Source of the DNA: Eledone cirrhosa
Taxonomy: Eukaryota
Direction of reading: 5' to 3'
Length of the DNA: 64,000 bases
Assembly: GCA_964016885.1 (NCBI GenBank)
Contig: OZ024747.1
Coordinates: 58,466,001-58,530,000, forward strand
Part shown: one piece after another, positions 41,875-54,798 of the stretch
Layout of the letters: each line of letters starts with the position of its first letter
Position numbering within the stretch: position 1 is the stretch's first letter
Notes under the pieces: model-generated
Database searches by the model: none
The model's input: the letters and a program-made list of their open reading frames with translations, nothing else
Told to the model about the DNA's origin: nothing
Translations under genes and position numbers: made by a program

Positions 41875-41878
41875 TGTA

Positions 41879-41914
<36 letters not shown>

Positions 41915-41954
41915 CACACATATAGGTATATATATATATATATACATATATACC

Positions 41955-42011
<57 letters not shown>

Positions 42012-42113
42012 ATAGGTATATATATATATATATATATATAGATATATATATATATATATATATACCTATAGGTATATATATATATATATATATATATAGA
42101 TATATATACCTAT

Positions 42114-42180
<67 letters not shown>

Positions 42181-42185
42181 CCTAT

Positions 42186-42239
<54 letters not shown>

Positions 42240-42272
42240 ATATGTATATATGTGTATATATATATATATACC

Positions 42273-42348
<76 letters not shown>

Positions 42349-42353
42349 CCTAT

Positions 42354-42441
<88 letters not shown>

Positions 42442-42474
42442 ATATGTATATATGTGTATATATATATATATACC

Positions 42475-42519
<45 letters not shown>

Positions 42520-42530
42520 ATATATATACA

Positions 42531-43146
42531 GGTCAGGTCACCAGTTGGTGCTACTGGTAACATGTATTCCAGTACAACCTGTCTCATGGTCGGGTTTCTT
42601 GGCGACTATACTGGCAACCCCACCAAGGTTTCTTGGTGAGGAGGGTGACTTTGGACATCCTGCAGGACTAAAAACAAAACCTTTCAAAGGGCAAAGGAGT
42701 TCTTAAGAGTCTATGGCCATCCAAATCACCGGGAGAGGTGACCCCTTAGCCTTTTGTCAAGGTAGAATTCTAGGAGAAGGAAAACTCTGATATAATACCT
42801 GCAAATCTGATGGTATCCAATGAAGTTGACTTGTTTTTCTTTTTGGTAAATATCATCTTGTTTAAGAGAGTGGGACTGGCTTTGTGCAGTGCCTTTCCTC
42901 ACTATAAAAGCTTCACGGCACGGCACAGGCATTGCTTCATATCTGGAGATCTCTCTGCACTTGCCGTCACATGGTACCATGGGCCCAGCACTGTGTGTCA
43001 ATAATTGTCACAGGTGTAGTGTTTGTACCAGAGTTTTCAAGTCGCTGGCTGGACTAAAAAGTCACACTCGTTCAGCGTATCAGTAGGGGTTCTCCTACAT
43101 GGATATAAAGTAGTGGCTGTACTCGAAAACGAGTTGGCAGCCACCA
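42531..43146 (+). mobile_element. Non-autonomous RTE-derived element (5' UTR + C-terminal zinc finger + 3' UTR)
   Basis: ggagaaggaaaactctga motif of RTE-type 5' UTRs; [19 protein letters not shown]; tail ctcgaaaacgagttggcagccacc; homologous to two minus-strand copies at 47.7-49.0 kb. Confidence 0.72.
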
Positions 43147-43164
43147 TATATATATATACCTATA

Positions 43165-43246
<82 letters not shown>

Positions 43247-43254
43247 TATACCTA

Positions 43255-43297
<43 letters not shown>

Positions 43298-43320
43298 CTA
43301 TATGTGTATATATATATATA

Positions 43321-43362
<42 letters not shown>

Positions 43363-43367
<5 letters not shown>

Positions 43368-43835
43368 ATACTTTGGGAGGGTCATGTTGCCAATAAGAAA
43401 CACACGCACCAGTTGCTTTCACTTCAATTTATTATATATTTATAAATTTATAAATTTACAAATCTACAAACTTATAAATTTCTGGTTGGTTGGTTGGTTC
43501 CACAACCAGATAGTCATAGTCCTTTCGTCACACACTCTGTGACCTCTTCAGTGACTGGGGATTCCTTTCTTTGTTTCTGTGCCTTTCCTTTCTTCTATCC
43601 TACGCCATTTTGTTTCTGTGTGTGTGTTGTGTGCTCAGTTTGCGCATACGCCACATCCGGGTGTCTGTGTGTGTTTGTGTTCATTTATCTATTTGTTTAT
43701 TTATTTATTGTTGGTTGGTTGTTAGTTCTATGTGTGTGTGTGTTTTCATTTTGTCCTTAATTGTAAGTTGTGATGTTGCTGTTCCACTCATATTTTCTAT
43801 TTAATTTTGGTTGTAATTCTTTTATGCTTACTGCA
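43363..43835 (-). mobile_element. PLE 3' end (family D): last codons, 3' UTR and intact hammerhead
   Basis: Minus strand begins with PLE-like C-terminal codons (..PKLNRKYEW), then an A/C-rich UTR, HHR 43512-43556 and terminus gaccctcccaaagtataacaa joined to (TA)n. Confidence 0.75.
43512..43556 (-). ncRNA. Intact minimal type-I hammerhead
   Basis: AGTCA-CTGAAGA-G-GTCACA(GAGTG)TGTGAC-GAAA-GGAC-TA-TGACT: 5-bp stem I, 6-bp stem II, canonical core. Confidence 0.88.
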
Positions 43836-43931
43836 TGTATGTATGTATATATATATATATATATATACATATATACCTCTATGTGTGTATATATATATAT
43901 ATACATGTAGGTATATATATATATATATATA

Positions 43932-44150
43932 TGTGAATATAGACATAGAATATTCGAAAATATTCTGTATGTTTATAATAAACATTTTGAAGACCTAATC
44001 GCTATAGAATAGAATACGTCACGTATTACAATTAGATTCGCGATTAGGTCTTCAAAATGTTTATTATAAACATACAGAATATTTTCGAATATTCTATGTC
44101 TATATTCACATATATATCGCTATTTCAGAGCATTTATTCAAATTTCTAAT
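43932..44150. repeat. Perfect 71-bp inverted repeat with 37-nt spacer inside a (TA)n satellite
   Basis: 43932-44002 is the exact reverse complement of 44040-44110; unique tail to ~44150. Confidence 0.85.
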
Positions 44151-44199
44151 ATATATATATATATATATACATACATGCAGGTATATATATATATATACC

Positions 44200-44295
<96 letters not shown>

Positions 44296-44318
44296 TATAT
44301 ATATATATATATACATGT

Positions 44319-44353
<35 letters not shown>

Positions 44354-44378
44354 TATATATATATATATATATACATAT

Positions 44379-44497
<119 letters not shown>

Positions 44498-44540
44498 TAT
44501 ATATATATACATAAAGGTATATATATATATATATATATAC

Positions 44541-44609
<69 letters not shown>

Positions 44610-44615
44610 CATATA

Positions 44616-44653
<38 letters not shown>

Positions 44654-44668
44654 TATATATATATACAT

Positions 44669-44762
<94 letters not shown>

Positions 44763-44765
44763 ATA

Positions 44766-44812
<47 letters not shown>

Positions 44813-44925
44813 ATATGTATATATATATATATATACACCTATATGTATGTATATATATATACATATACATATATGTATGTATATATATATATACATATAT
44901 GTATGTATATATATATATATATACC

Positions 44926-44990
<65 letters not shown>

Positions 44991-45039
44991 ATATGTGTAT
45001 ATATATATATATATACCTTTATGTATATATATATATACC

Positions 45040-45077
<38 letters not shown>

Positions 45078-45089
45078 TATATATAAACC

Positions 45090-45169
<80 letters not shown>

Positions 45170-45195
45170 TACCTATATATATATATATATATATA

Positions 45196-45238
<43 letters not shown>

Positions 45239-45301
45239 ATATGTATATATATATATATATACCTATATATATATATATATATATATATACATACCTATAT
45301 G

Positions 45302-45355
<54 letters not shown>

Positions 45356-46173
45356 TGTACGTACCTACGTATGTGTGTATGTATATATGTATTATGTATG
45401 TATGTACATCTGTGTGGCCGGAGACAATTATGGGAACGTATAAAGAGATGGCCCTTGTAATCTAACTCAATGTCGCTTGACCCAATTACTTTATATTTGA
45501 CCCCTAACTAAAGTGGGTTTTTTTCCACCGCTCTGAATTTTAATCCAGTTAAGTAAGTAGAAATCCCGTATGCTCTAAATGTGAAATGTTTGTTATAATC
45601 TCACAAGTAGCCATTAGTGAATTGATTGGTATTTTTGTTGTTACATGCAGTGAGGGTGAGGTTGGTGACTTGAGATTATTGGTGTATCTTCGTATAGAAT
45701 ACTTTGCAGCATTTCTGTTGTGTGTTCAAAACCTCTCATCCTTCTATAGTCGATAAAATAAATCCCCAATCAAGTACTCTTGCTGTTATAATCGAATTTC
45801 CATTCTTCTAAAATTGCTTGCTTTGTTCCCAAACCATAAAATCATTATTATCAATGTGGTTCAAAGTGGTGGTTTGACAAAATCGTTAGAGCGTCGTTAG
45901 TTGTGCGATTATCATATTAACTGTTGGCGATGATGGAGACATCAAACTAGTTTCCGGGTCTAACAGAACAGTCAATTACATACGTTCACAAAAATATGAA
46001 AAATAACAGTTCAATAAGGTATTTAACGAAATCTCTTAACCTTTAACGGCGTGTAAGGTATGTGCTGTGGAATTGTATGATGAAACAGATATTGTCATGT
46101 TGGGGAAGGGTCATGTTGTTATAATATTGCCAGAAATACACCCATTATTTGGTTTGGGCTGGTTTCCACTTAA

Positions 46174-46247
<74 letters not shown>

Positions 46248-46329
46248 TAAAAAATAGAGCAAGCAGCCAGGACTATCCATCATCAGTGATCTTCTGGCCA
46301 TCATATATATATATATATATTATGTTTTC

Positions 46330-46450
46330 ATAATCTATTGACCTGGCAATCAATGTTTATCATTGATTGACCAACAGTTAAAAATATAGATATAAATATA
46401 GTTTCTCAGAGTTCTTTCGTTACAAATGAATGACATCATCAGCGATGTTG
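46330..46450 (-). mobile_element. Family D HHR-bearing 3' fragment
   Basis: Minus strand CG-CTGATGA-TGTCATTCATTTGTAAC-GAAA-GAAC-TC-TG followed by tttttaactgttggtcaatcaatg, matching 50613-50728. Confidence 0.65.
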
Positions 46451-46489
46451 TTAACCTTTAATTCTACAAAATACTGCAGCAATGCTGGT

Positions 46490-46648
46490 ATAGTCACTGC
46501 CTCCGTCTCTCTTGCTTTCCCCATCTCTCACTATTATAAAAAAATGGGGGACAATGTACTGGCCGCACCGCTCCCCAGCGGACAGAATAGAGAAGGCTGT
46601 TTCTCGGAGGATGATGAGGGAAACGCGTTGGAAGCGCCATTCTGACAA
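46490..46648 (-). mobile_element. Second CRE-like C-terminal fragment + 3' UTR
   Basis: EWRFQRVSLIILRETAFSILSAG; DNA aligns with 33810-33957. Confidence 0.7.
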
Positions 46649-47207
46649 TTGCGTGTGAAAATGTTATTCATTTGCATCTAAATTAAACGAGCAGAGTGGT
46701 CCTTTATTCGAACAACAGAAACACTCATCATCGAAAGCAATGGAGGTCTGACATACGTGTATGTGTGTGTGTATGCTTGTATGTGCCCGTATATATATAA
46801 GTCTGTTCACCTAGTTATACGTTATTACGAATTATATAATCTTTCTGTAAAATATATCAACTTTTTCCACACACACACAGATAGAGGCGCACACACAGAG
46901 ACACACACATAAACACATACACACACACACACTGAAACACACACACAGACACACATCCTCTCACACACATACATAGCCACAATTCAAACAGACACACAGA
47001 CACAGACACAGACATTTTATAGCATATTGTGACCGGAAGAAGCAAATTACTTTGTAATATATGTGAAGCCATACATTCAATATAAGCTGTATGAATATGT
47101 TTCTCTTGTGTATATCACATCTCATGTATAGAACACTGCAAGATATGGAATCCCGGAGTGTAATCTAAATAATTCAAGGTATTTCTAACAATGTAATCCT
47201 ATTTATA

Positions 47208-47345
47208 ATCGTTTCTAATTGAAACGCAAAAGCAGCAATTTTGGTGGAAAAGGAAAGCCGAGTATATCATATCTAGTACTTGGTTGATCATTTTTTTCAT
47301 CGACCCCGGAAGGATAAAAGACAAATATTACCTCGGTGGGACTTG
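47208..47345 (-). mobile_element. Degenerate Nin-core SINE 3' part
   Basis: atcgaccccggaaggataaaagacaaat.ttacctcggtggga. Confidence 0.6.
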
Positions 47346-47694
47346 ATTGTATCTGATCTGGAAGTAAGGAGCCAAAATAAATTACATAAGCCTTCTTGTC
47401 CTTAGCGAGGCCCAATATATGCTAAGGTTCAGTCATTTCAGAAGATATTATCTCACTCTCAATATATGTGGTATTGTTATCGATCAAAGATATAATTTAG
47501 CTATAAAATCTACTAATTCACAATGAATATATAAATAGTATGCAGCTGATAGATCTATTCTAGATCGAACTTAAAGAGATTTATGTAAGATAAATGACAG
47601 TTAATTACATTTTTGTTCGTAATATTTTAAGTAATACTGTATACAAAACGCACTGCTTTTACTACATACACACATACACACATACATACATGCA

Positions 47695-48489
47695 TGATGG
47701 CTGCCTCCTCGTTATCGAGTATGGCCATTGCACAATATACCATTATTAATAATTATTAATTAATTCTATCATAGGGCGGTGGATTGGCAGTATCGGTAGA
47801 GGGTCGGGCGCCATGCTTTGAAGCATGGAGTTACCTCCCTTTATGATCTGAGTTCAAATCCCGCCGAGGTTAACTTTGCCTTTCATCCTTACGGGGTCGA
47901 TAAAATAAAGTACCAGTAATGCACTGGAATAATTGCTGACCTTGTGCCAAAAGTAGAAACAATTAATTAATTCTATCGTGCAATGCCTGTGCGTGAAGAT
48001 ATTTTTTAAAGTGAGGAAAAACTGTGCACTGAGCCAATCCCACTCTCTGAATGACAGTAGCTATAATCTGAAAAGAAGAAAAGATCAACATCATCCGTAA
48101 CTACTGAGCCGCAGGTTTTATATCGGAGTTATCCCAGTTTCCTGAGTTGCCTTCTCCTAGAAGAATGCGCTGACAAAGGCTAGGAGTGCTTCACTTCCAG
48201 TGGTTTAACCGCGTGATCGGGTTTCCAGCCCGGCTATTTCTATGTTCCACGCATATACATACATATTTACATTGTGTATATACATATTTACACACTTTTG
48301 GATGGCCGTTGACTCTTATGAGTTCTTCCGCCCTTTGTCAGGTTTTGTTTTTTGTCCTGCAATGTGTCCAAAATCACCCTCCTCGCCAACTAAACTTGGT
48401 AGGGTTGCCGGTTTAGTAGCCGTCGACCCGATCATGCGACACGTTGTACTGGGTTACATTTTACCAGTAGCATTAAAGAGTGACCCGAC
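47695..48489 (-). mobile_element. Same RTE-derived family, interrupted by a SINE
   Basis: 48296-48489 is the reverse complement of 42531-42725; 3' end gatggctgcctcctcgttatcgagtatggcca at ~47696-47728. Confidence 0.75.
47774..47964 (+). mobile_element. tRNA-derived SINE with Nin/Deu-type core, full length
   Basis: A box TGGCAGTATCGG, B box GAGTTCAAATCCC, core ccgaggttaactttgcctttcatccttacggggtcgataaaataaagtacc, tail gtagaaacaatt; TSD TTAATTCTATC. Confidence 0.9.
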
Positions 48490-48512
48490 ATAACATACAT
48501 ACATAGATACAT

Positions 48513-49041
48513 GATGGTTGCAAACTCTGCTAGAGTATTGAAATCGCTTGTCAGATTATAGAGTTTGGTGCACTTTTAGGCTATCGCCAGCCACACAAAC
48601 CTGTAACAGATTCTGAACAAGCAATGCCCGTGTTTTGAAAAGTTTTAAGTGGTGAAAGACCTTGCACTTGACCAATCCAACTCTCTGAGTATCGAAAACA
48701 CTACCCGGAAAGGAGAACTAGTCAACATCATCGGATGCTTCCGCGGCAGCAGTTTTTTTTTTTTTCACTTTCTCTCTCTTAGAAAAGCGTTGTGACAACA
48801 ACTGGGGGCGTTTCACTCACAGGTCAAAAAAAAAAGAAAAAGAGCAAGAAAAACTAGTATTTGGATGGCCGTTGAGTTCCTCCGCCTTTTGCCGGGACTT
48901 GTATTTCATCCAGCAAGGTGTCCAAATATCACCCTCCTCACCAAAATAGCATGGTTGGGTTGCCGGTAGTCGCCGACGACCCGACCATGAGACAGGTTGT
49001 ACTGGGTTACATGTTACGAGTAGCATTTGAGAGCGACCTGA
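48513..49041 (-). mobile_element. Same RTE-derived family, tandem upstream copy
   Basis: 48860-49041 matches 48298-48489 and the reverse complement of 42531-42725; flanked by (CATA)n. Confidence 0.72.
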
Positions 49042-50113
49042 CATACATACTACATACACCTCTTAGGAATATGTGTCACCGTACTGTTAAGAGAATACAC
49101 TATATATTTTGCTGATTATATATTTTGCTGACTGTAGCTTAAGCAAATGTGAAAGGCAATGATCATGACCTTTTTACAAGACACTCGAGACCAATTAAAG
49201 AAATGGAGTAGATTTTCTTCAAATCGGAACCCAGGCCCTGATGGTTGCTACTGACTAGACATAGAAAAACACCCAGTGAAAGATTACACCTACTACCAAA
49301 ACAAAAACAATTAATAACGATTCATTACGTTGGTGCACTATAAACATCACTAGTCACTAGTAATAGCAATATTACGACTTTAGTATTCAGTTTTTATCAA
49401 ATAAATTCTCTAGTATTTATGAACATTGTGCTCCACTTAGTAAATAAGAAATTTGCGGCGCAGTAAAGAAATTGGACGATATAGTAGAAAAAGTCTTAGT
49501 TAACATTTACCTTTCAGACTCGATCAAATATGTTCTTAGTTGAGATATTCAAAAGCACACGCAACTTTTTGTGACAAGCAGAATAGATTAGTATTGGATA
49601 ACAATGGAAACCTATTTAAAAATCGATAAAACTACAAATATCAAGAAAAGTTATCTTTGAAGTGAACACGCTTAAAATGGACCGTTCGTCTATAAAGACC
49701 AGTTCTTTGTTTATACATTTTATTCTATACGGTACGCCATATTTTTTTACCGGCTACTAAACTTCCGATTTGCAATAAACATGTCTTTTTGGTAAAGACG
49801 ATCTTTTCAATGGTTCAAAAAGATTTGGTGACTTTAAAAGCACTGATGTGTGTTGGTGTCCGAATATTTGTCTGTTTATGACGATGTATGTATGTGTAAG
49901 TATCTGTGTGTTTCCGATCGCTACTATGATTCGATGCTGGTTGCTTTCAGCTGTTTTTCTCGTCTGCTGGCTTGCTATTAAATTAATTAATTGATAGTTT
50001 GACGTTTCTTTTGTAAGAGATCTAACGTTTTGATATCACTATATCATTTGAATGGGCGATGTTTGTAAGTATGATTGCCCACACACTCACACACACACAC
50101 ACACACATTATAA

Positions 50114-50200
<87 letters not shown>

Positions 50201-50228
50201 TATAATATATACAGTATGTGTATATATC

Positions 50229-50259
<31 letters not shown>

Positions 50260-50317
50260 GAATATATATATACAGTATGTGTGTATATATATATATGAAT
50301 ATATATATATATACAGT

Positions 50318-50852
50318 AACACACTCACTGTTTGGTTGGTTTTCGCTTTTCGCTTCTGTGTCCTTTATATCGGTAATCTAATTTATTCGGACCTCAATGT
50401 TGCCATTGACTGACCGGCGGTCAAAAATAATACAGATACAATATAGACACAAACACATATATATAGTTTATCAGAGTTCTTTCGTTGCACATCTGCAACA
50501 TCGTCAGTGGTGCTATTTTTTCCTCCCGTTGCATTGTATGTCTACGCCATTCTTATTTAGTCTAAATAAAAATGGCGTAGACATACAATGCAACGGGAGG
50601 AAACAATAGCACCACTGACGATGTTGCAGATGTGCAACGAAAGAACTCTGATAAACTATATATATGTGTTTGTGTCTATATTGTATCTGTATTATTTTTG
50701 ACCGCCGGTCAGTCAATGGCAACATTGAGGACCGAATAAATTAGATTACCGATATAAAAGACACAGAAGCGAAAAGCGAAAACAACCAAACAGTGAGTGT
50801 GTTCTGTTATTAATTCTGGCAATATTACACAAATATCACCCTCCCCAAGTAT

Positions 50853-50858
<6 letters not shown>
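50318..50858. mobile_element. Long fold-back element (family D) with twin hammerheads
   Basis: ~243-bp near-perfect arms 50318-50560 / 50562-50803 with a 1-nt spacer; long arm runs on to ccctccccaagtataacaa(TA)n. Explains the duplicated 70-aa ORFs on opposite strands. Confidence 0.88.
50613..50650 (+). ncRNA. Minimal hammerhead (mirror copy at ~50472-50509 on -)
   Basis: CA-CTGACGA-T-GTTGCA(GATG)TGCAAC-GAAA-GAAC-TC-TG; stem I short. Confidence 0.75.
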
Positions 50859-50909
<51 letters not shown>

Positions 50910-51499
50910 TGGGGTAGGAATATGTGATATGTTCCTCAGTATGAGTATATGTAATTTATGTACACACATATACAAGAGACTGGAAAACACAGACACTCAT
51001 TTGCACAGGCGTGTAGCTTGCAGATATATTGTACACATCAGCAATGGCTAACATTAATGTCTATATATATCATGATGCATAAATTTTGTGAGATTAAAGT
51101 ACCGTATTTTATAGATCGGAATAAAGTATGAAGCGAAGCCATTTTCTATCAGATATTTAGAATTTTCTAACTTATTGAGATACTATAATCTGAAATGGTG
51201 TTGCTTAAAATGCACTGTGATTCCATCAAGCGCAAATACTTCAAACAGCATTCGTAACGTCGCTTCACTTTGGAGGAATGGCATGGAAAATTAATGGTTG
51301 AGAAGTTAAGCAAATTTCATACGTGTAATTCAAAGTTTCATATTTCTGTGTTCTAATTCCACTGAGTTTTCTATATTGCTTATCGATTATTTTTATATAT
51401 TGTAGGAGGGCCTATGGCGTTGAAATATATTAGTTTTTGTTGTGCATTCCTCTCGATTTAGTTTCAATGAGTAATTGTTAACAGTTCAGCAGACACCGC

Positions 51500-51726
51500 G
51501 GGCAATGGATTGATATAATCGTTAGAGCGTCAGATAGAATATATTATTGTATCTAGCAACTGATTTTCCCGTTCTGAGTTCAAACACCGCCCAGGTCAAC
51601 ATTGCATTTATTCCGTCGAGGATCAATAAAATACAATATCAATTAAGCACTAGGATCAATATAAAGGTTACTGCCCACAAAATAAACCAAAATAAATTGC
51701 GTATCTTATATAAATTAGAAGCAATC
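51500..51726 (+). mobile_element. Degenerate Nin-core SINE
   Basis: gttctgagttcaaacaccgcccaggtcaacattgc...tagaagcaat. Confidence 0.6.
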
Positions 51727-52169
51727 ATATTGCATTGTTTTATTTGGGGAAAGTCATGTTGTCCTAATATTTCCAAAAATAGTAAAACACACTCACTTAT
51801 AACAATATCAGTTTCAACACACGATTTCATATGATAAACCTTGCAAAACAAATAAATCGACGCCACACTCCCATTATAGATTTCCGCGAAATGTTTCGTC
51901 GTCCCAACAGACAGAACCAGATAATGTTTTACTTTCAATATCAATAAGTGGGATGTGTTAAAAGAATCATTCCTTCTAATTGTGTTACATATATCGGATG
52001 GTCCTTTACTGTCTGATTAACCAGTGTATAGAAGTGTTTCGGAAGAAAAGGAGACCAGACCAACCCAACTTTTAGATTTCAAAGGTAAAATAATATTTTG
52101 CTAGCATGGTATTATCCGCTTGTCGGACAAGGAAACTTGCACCTAACAACGATTTCACTCCGCTGCCTT

Positions 52170-52505
52170 CCACTTCTACTTCTTCTTCATGGGGCATAAT
52201 CCTCAAAGAGCCGGTCATGTCGGAGGCAATTGTCTCCAACTGCTCCGGCTGGATCCCCAAGTGAGGCTGGCCAAGCTCAAGGATGTTATCCTACCATCTT
52301 CCTCGGTTTCTACCCCTGTGATCTCTCCGTTCGGAGAAGTAGCTGCTCTATCTGGAGTGACTCTGATCTCTGAGCTACGCACTTTATCGTGTAACGCTAC
52401 TTCAAATACCCTTCTGAGAAACCTCAATTCGGCTGCTTGTATTCACGATCATTTTAATTCGGTCATTACCCAGGATTCATGAGCATAGGTAAGGGTTGGC
52501 ATAAA
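52170..52505 (-). mobile_element. RTE-clade LINE 3' fragment
   Basis: PTLTYAHESWVMT...IQAAELRFLRRV...LHDKVRSSEIR...EQLLLRTERSQ with stops and frameshifts; GAA-rich tail. Confidence 0.8.
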
Positions 52506-53049
52506 TACCGAATAATTTAATTACCTGAGCCGTAAGTTGTGAACACCAAGACATACGTAGCTTGTTCAATAGTAGATCAACAAGATCAATACAGTATCAC
52601 TTGTAACGTATTGAATCCAATCACCTCCACTATGACGGAAGATAGGAAATGATTTAGTAAGACTATCATTTTTTGTCCGAAACTCATTTCCCATTAGTCT
52701 TCTCATTCGTAATTATAGTTAATCACTGTAATTTGTTCTCTAATCGACTTTATTTTCCTACTTTAATCAATGAAACCTGTGCGATTATCTTGTGATTCCT
52801 CCGTCTATATACCATCAAATGTGGCGTAGGTCGGGCTTAGCTAATGATGTCAGTAACATCCGAACGTCTCAGGAGTTGTCTTCCATACTTGCAGAAACAT
52901 TTAACATAATTTTAGTCTTTGACTAATAGTATTGTTTTTAATGTATATTTAGTTCTAGCCATACACACACACACACACACACATACACACACACACACGC
53001 ACAAATACACACCCATACACAGACATATGTATGTGTGTATGTGTGTATA

Positions 53050-53085
<36 letters not shown>

Positions 53086-53103
53086 TAGATATATATATAT
53101 ATA

Positions 53104-54798
53104 TATAAACAAATAGTAGAAAGGAAAAATATATTTTCTGTAGACAAAAAATACAAGGTTTGGTTCGGATTGGCTTGAAAGGGTGGGTGACCATAGAGTT
53201 GACCGGGGGGCGGGTGCTTCTAAAAATATCTATCTTGGTATTTTTCTCAGAAGAAATCAGCATTGACCTTGTTTTTTTTACCACAAAGATTTAGAATTAT
53301 TGAAATATTAATTCCATCCCAAGCAGGAATTTTAGATTTAGGGAGATGGAGAAAATGTTGCTAGAGTTGACCGAGGGGAAGGGTGTTGCTTCTAAAAATA
53401 TCTATCTTGGTATTTTTTCTCAGAAGAACTCAATATTGACCTTGTTTTTTGCCACAAAGATTTAGAGTTATTAAAATTTTAATTCCTTCCCTAGCAGGAA
53501 TTTTAGATTTAGCGGGATGGAGAAAATGTTGCTAGAAAGAGGGGGTCAGAGCCACTGGGATACCCATTCTATCTTCAGCAGAAACTTCCAGATTCAGGAG
53601 AATGTAAAGCATTTAGCTTGACACCTGAATGCTACCATTTATCCGATTACCTTCGTGGATGTCCGCCAGGGCTTGCTGATGTGGGTGTTACTATGAAGTT
53701 GCTTGGTATGCATTATATAGTTGTCAGAGGTTGCTGGAAAATCCCGCCGAGGTTAACTTTGATTTTCATCCTTACGGGGGTCGATAAAATAAAGCACCAG
53801 TAATACACTGGAATAATTGCTGGCCTTGTGCCAAAAGTAGAAACAATTATATAGTTGTCAGAGGTTGCTGGAATCTTGGAGAAGGATACATTGCTAAAGG
53901 GTTAATATATCTAGGGTGTTGATTTTAAAGTGTGCCAGCTTTGGTTTAGTCAGAAGTGGAAGCATTTAGAAGATGTTGGCGATGAATTGTGATTCCTTGC
54001 TAATGAGTTGGATGTAGGATGCGTTGTCTTTGAATTTGTAGATGGGAAAAATTCTAAAATTAGGTTGTTCATTAGATGTGTAGGTCGCAATGTGTTCACT
54101 TAGTGCTATCTTTCTGTATGCCCGTATTTTGATTTGAACCCACTCTGAACCCCTATTTGTAGCAACATTTTCTCCATACTCCTAAATCTAAAATTCATGC
54201 TAGGTATGAACTAATATTTCAATAACTCTAAATCTTCTGTGTGGAAAAAAAATCAAGGTCAATGTTGATTTCTTCTAAGAAAAAATACCGAGATAGATAT
54301 ATTTAGAAGCATCCGCCGCCCCAAGTCAACTCTATGGTCACCCAGCCTTTCAAGCTAATCCCAGCCAAACCTTGTATCCACTATTCAAAGGGTCCCACAT
54401 AGCAGGTCGCGGCCACAACCATCCCCTACCTCCTCCCCCTCCCCCTCCCTATCCCCCACTCCCCTCCTGCCTCGTCCCTCTCCAGTTACAACAAAGCCAT
54501 TAGCAGAGTAGGATGGACTGACAAAATGACTGTCGTCTCTGAAGGACTAAGTATATGAAAATTAACTTTTCTTCCCCTCTCTATGTATGTTTTTTTTCTT
54601 TTTCTTTTTGTCATTTTCATTATTTTTCACTATTTCTACAGATATACAACTTAACCATATTCTGCATTTTCCCAATTGAAAATGCATTTAATGCTGAAAC
54701 CGGTATTGTAAATAAATTAATGTCTTAAAATTTCACCAAAAATATCTCTTCAACATTGTCTACAGAAAATATCTTTTTCCTTTCTACTATTTGTTTAT
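53104..54798. mobile_element. Complex inverted PLE insertion (EN C-terminus, duplicated UTR, degenerate HHR) with nested SINE
   Basis: 53104-53146 is the reverse complement of 54757-54798; 53151-53362 is inverted vs 54160-54377; ~170-bp tandem duplication 53194-53533; minus frame ~54130-53966 YRKIALSEHI...NFRIFPIYKFKDNASYIQLISKESQFI resembles a PLE GIY-YIG C-terminus; HHR relic at 54673-54708 (CAA-TTGAAAA-TGCA..TGCT-GAAA-CCGG-TA-TTG). Confidence 0.75.
53740..53845 (+). mobile_element. 5'-truncated Nin-core SINE with 28-bp TSD
   Basis: ATTATATAGTTGTCAGAGGTTGCTGGAA at 53712-53739 and 53846-53873. Confidence 0.9.

Noticed and set aside
41708-42530. CRISPR-like regularly interspersed repeats
   Set aside because: Eukaryotic microsatellite variants with no unique spacers or cas genes.
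47774-47870. tRNA gene
   Set aside because: A and B boxes belong to a SINE head; no cloverleaf.
50397-50725. Two nearly identical 70-aa ORFs on opposite strands
   Set aside because: A by-product of the DNA palindrome; no protein features.
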